This document shows, in pieces, positions 61,753-64,000 of a stretch of DNA of 64,000 nt. Below the pieces are notes generated by a model. The model was not told the DNA's origin. It did not search any database and was given only the letters and a program-made list of their open reading frames with translations. Every line of letters starts with the position of its first letter. The first letter of the stretch is position 1. The stretch is taken from NCBI GenBank assembly GCA_046563655.1, contig CM102287.1, positions 744,001 to 808,000 of the forward strand. The letters run 5' to 3'. Made by a program: the position numbers and the translations under genes. Origin of the DNA: Yuukianura sp. NJ FZ-2021 (taxonomy: Eukaryota).

Positions 61753-61823
61753 AGTGCATTAGCGCAAACGATAGGGTGATGGAATCAAATCGAGGAAGCC
61801 TGGGGTCGATTCCCAGGAGCAGT
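61753..61823 (+). ncRNA. Degenerate tRNA-like sequence (tRNA pseudogene, SINE head or Pol III promoter)
   Basis: A-box-like TAGCGCAAACG and T-arm/B-box-like CTGGG-GTCGATT-CCCAG at tRNA-like spacing; acceptor and anticodon stems are poor. Confidence 0.4.
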
Positions 61824-61833
61824 AATAAAAAAT

Positions 61834-62072
61834 TAAAAAAGTTAGGTTCGTACTCTATTTAAACTCTTCGCATAAGTCAAGCATTCTTCTCTCACGGTTG
61901 CCTCAACTTGTTGCTCTCTGTTCTTTGAGTCACTGTTCCATTTCCACCATTCAGGAGAAGGTGGAATGAGGCAATGACTTAAAGAGCAGAGAGCAACAAG
62001 TTGAGGCATCCGTGAGAGAAGAATGCTTGATTATGCGAAGAGTTTAAATAGAGTACGAACCTAACTTTTTTA
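61834..62072. repeat. Long imperfect inverted repeat (~110-bp arms, short loop); foldback/MITE-like or hairpin RNA
   Basis: TAAAAAAGTTAGGTTCGTACTCTATTTAAACTCTTCGCATAA... pairs with ...TTATGCGAAGAGTTTAAATAGAGTACGAACCTAACTTTTTTA. Confidence 0.9.
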
Positions 62073-62099
62073 TGTTTAAATGGAGACGCGGTGATTTTC

Positions 62100-62222
62100 C
62101 TTTTGACATCACACCAGAAACGGCTGAATGACATAAAGATCTTTTGACATCACACCAGAAACGGCTGAATGACATAAAGATCTTTTGACATCACAACAAA
62201 AACGGCTGAATGACATAAAGAT
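62100..62222. repeat. 41-bp tandem repeat x3
   Basis: CTTTTGACATCACACCAGAAACGGCTGAATGACATAAAGAT at 62100, 62141 and 62182 (third copy slightly diverged). Confidence 0.95.
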
Positions 62223-62834
62223 GTATTACATTCTCTGTCGAAAAGTCAATTCGACACACAATACCTGGGGTGACTTGAGACTCAAGCGGGGTAGAAGTGG
62301 CTTAGCTCACTCATCACTCACTAATTTTTTCAAATTTTCTGGTCAAATAACACTTGACCTTGGATGACCTCACTGACCTTTGGTAGTTGAGACACGAACG
62401 GTCGCCATTGTGTAGCGTCTCATACGCTAATCCCCAACCTAAATGACCGCAGCCACGCCCTCAGACTCCAAACACTGATCCGCAGATCCCTCTAACTACC
62501 AAGAATCAGGGTCACCGACTCCAACAACACATCGCGGAGATAAATATATAAATATATATTTATTGTAGCATAAGAATAAACTGATGAATAATCACTGCTA
62601 AATACAACATGATCTCAAACTGGTCATCTCTCCACTGATCTCTCTCTCACCACAGCACAATCCAGACTGCCTCTGAAACTCTATACAAATCCTAACTTGC
62701 TCTCCACCTCGCCTCTCTTCAAATCCCACAATTCTTCCCACAAACCAACAACATATCTCATCTTACCCCTACTCTGAAACTGTACACTAACCTACTAATA
62801 ACTAACAATAGGATAATCGATGAGCAGCCGCTTC

Positions 62835-64000
62835 AAATACGCTGCTTGAACAGCGACAGTTCGAGGTGCATATGTTACATTGAAGTTTCAGGAACACCCT
62901 TACCAACACTTGGTCCTCAAAATGTGGGCTGCAAAATGGAATGTGATCAGCACACTCCAGAGAGTGTGCAACTATTTACTGTAATGGAATTCTTTCGCTG
63001 TATGTGTATACACTGGAAGCGTGAGCCCTGTACAACAGCGATTGCAAATACGAAACCCTGTGTTGCCTAAAAGCTATTTTTTAGTTGCAATCATAACTAG
63101 TGCGTAGAAGCCAGTTGGCTTCGCAGCGCTGCGCGAAATAGGGATAATAAGTCGACAGTTGTAGGCAAGCAGCAAGTGGATATTTGATGTACGTGTGCAC
63201 TGTTGGCCATAAAGCCACAAAATAAGCAAGTTGGTCAAAGGTAAATACGCTGCTTGAACAGCGACACTTCGAGGTGCATATGTTACATTGAAGTTTCAGG
63301 AACACCCTTACCAACACTTGGTGCCTAAAATGTGGGCTGCAAAATGGAATGTGATCAGCACACTCCAGACAGTGTGCAACTATTTACTGTAATGGAATTC
63401 TTTCGCTGTATGTGCATACACTGGAAGCGTGAGCCCTGTACAACAGCGATTGCAAATACGAAACCCTGTGTTGCCTAAAAGCTATTTTTTAGTTGCAATT
63501 ATAACTAGTGCGTTGAAGCCAGTTGGGTTCGCAGCGCTTCGCGATATAGGAATAACAAGTCGACAGTTGTAGGCAACAGCATGTGGATATTTGATGTATG
63601 TGTGCACCGTTGGCCACAAAGCCACAAAATAAGCAAGTTGGTCAAAGGTAAATACGCTGCTTGAACAGCGACACTTCGAGGTGCATATGTCACATTGAAG
63701 TTTCAGGAACACCCTTACCAACACTTGGTCCTCAAAATGTGGGCTGCAAAATGGAATGTGATCAGCACACTCCAGACAGTGTGCAACTATTTACTGTAAT
63801 GGAATTCTTTCGCTGTATGTGTATACACTGGAAGCGTGAGCCCTGTACAACAGCGATTGCAAAAACGAAACCTTGTGTTGCCTAAAAGCTATTTTTTAGT
63901 TGCAATTATAACTAGTTCTTAGAAGCCGGTTGGCTTCGCAGCTCTGCGCGATATAGGGATAATAAGTCGACAGTTGTAGGCAACAGCAAGTGGATATTTG
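62835..64000. repeat. Second tandem repeat family, ~408-bp unit, ~2.9 copies, runs off the window end
   Basis: AAATACGCTGCTTGAACAGCGACA at 62835, 63243 and 63650; copies differ by scattered substitutions; no evident similarity to the main satellite. Confidence 0.93.

Noticed and set aside
61753..61823. Functional tRNA gene
   Set aside because: Acceptor and anticodon stems do not pair well and the T-loop is GTCG rather than TTCG; kept only as tRNA-like.
62846..63885. 74-80 aa ORFs in the 408-bp repeat
   Set aside because: Repeat-derived, not maintained in all copies, with no recognisable domain.

Overview
This is eukaryotic, probably animal/arthropod, heterochromatic DNA, not prokaryotic. 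About half of the window is a very homogeneous satellite array (543/698-bp units built on a ~155-bp subrepeat; 1-24838 and 41445-48810). Inserted in it is a complete 16.6-kb Polinton/Maverick (adintovirus-like) element at 24839-41444, with 1039-bp TIRs (AGTAGT...ACTACT) and a 6-bp TSD (ATCGTT). It encodes an HNH-containing protein-primed PolB whose C2H2 zinc-finger leader appears to be spliced on, plus integrase, packaging ATPase, adenain-like protease, major and minor capsid proteins, basic core-type proteins and a spliced F-box/LRR gene. After a 100-N assembly gap lies a second, divergent Polinton (~50589-61516, termini not identified) with a different gene order. It is unusually intron-rich: 5 GT-AG introns in the PolB core, 1 in the ATPase and 2 in a BIR-RING IAP gene. 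Next to it are a multi-exon acidic gene on the left and, on the right, a tRNA-like head followed by a ~240-bp hairpin ending in T6, then 41-bp and ~408-bp tandem repeats. All calls come from reading motifs by eye; no database searches were run, and splice models are predictions.
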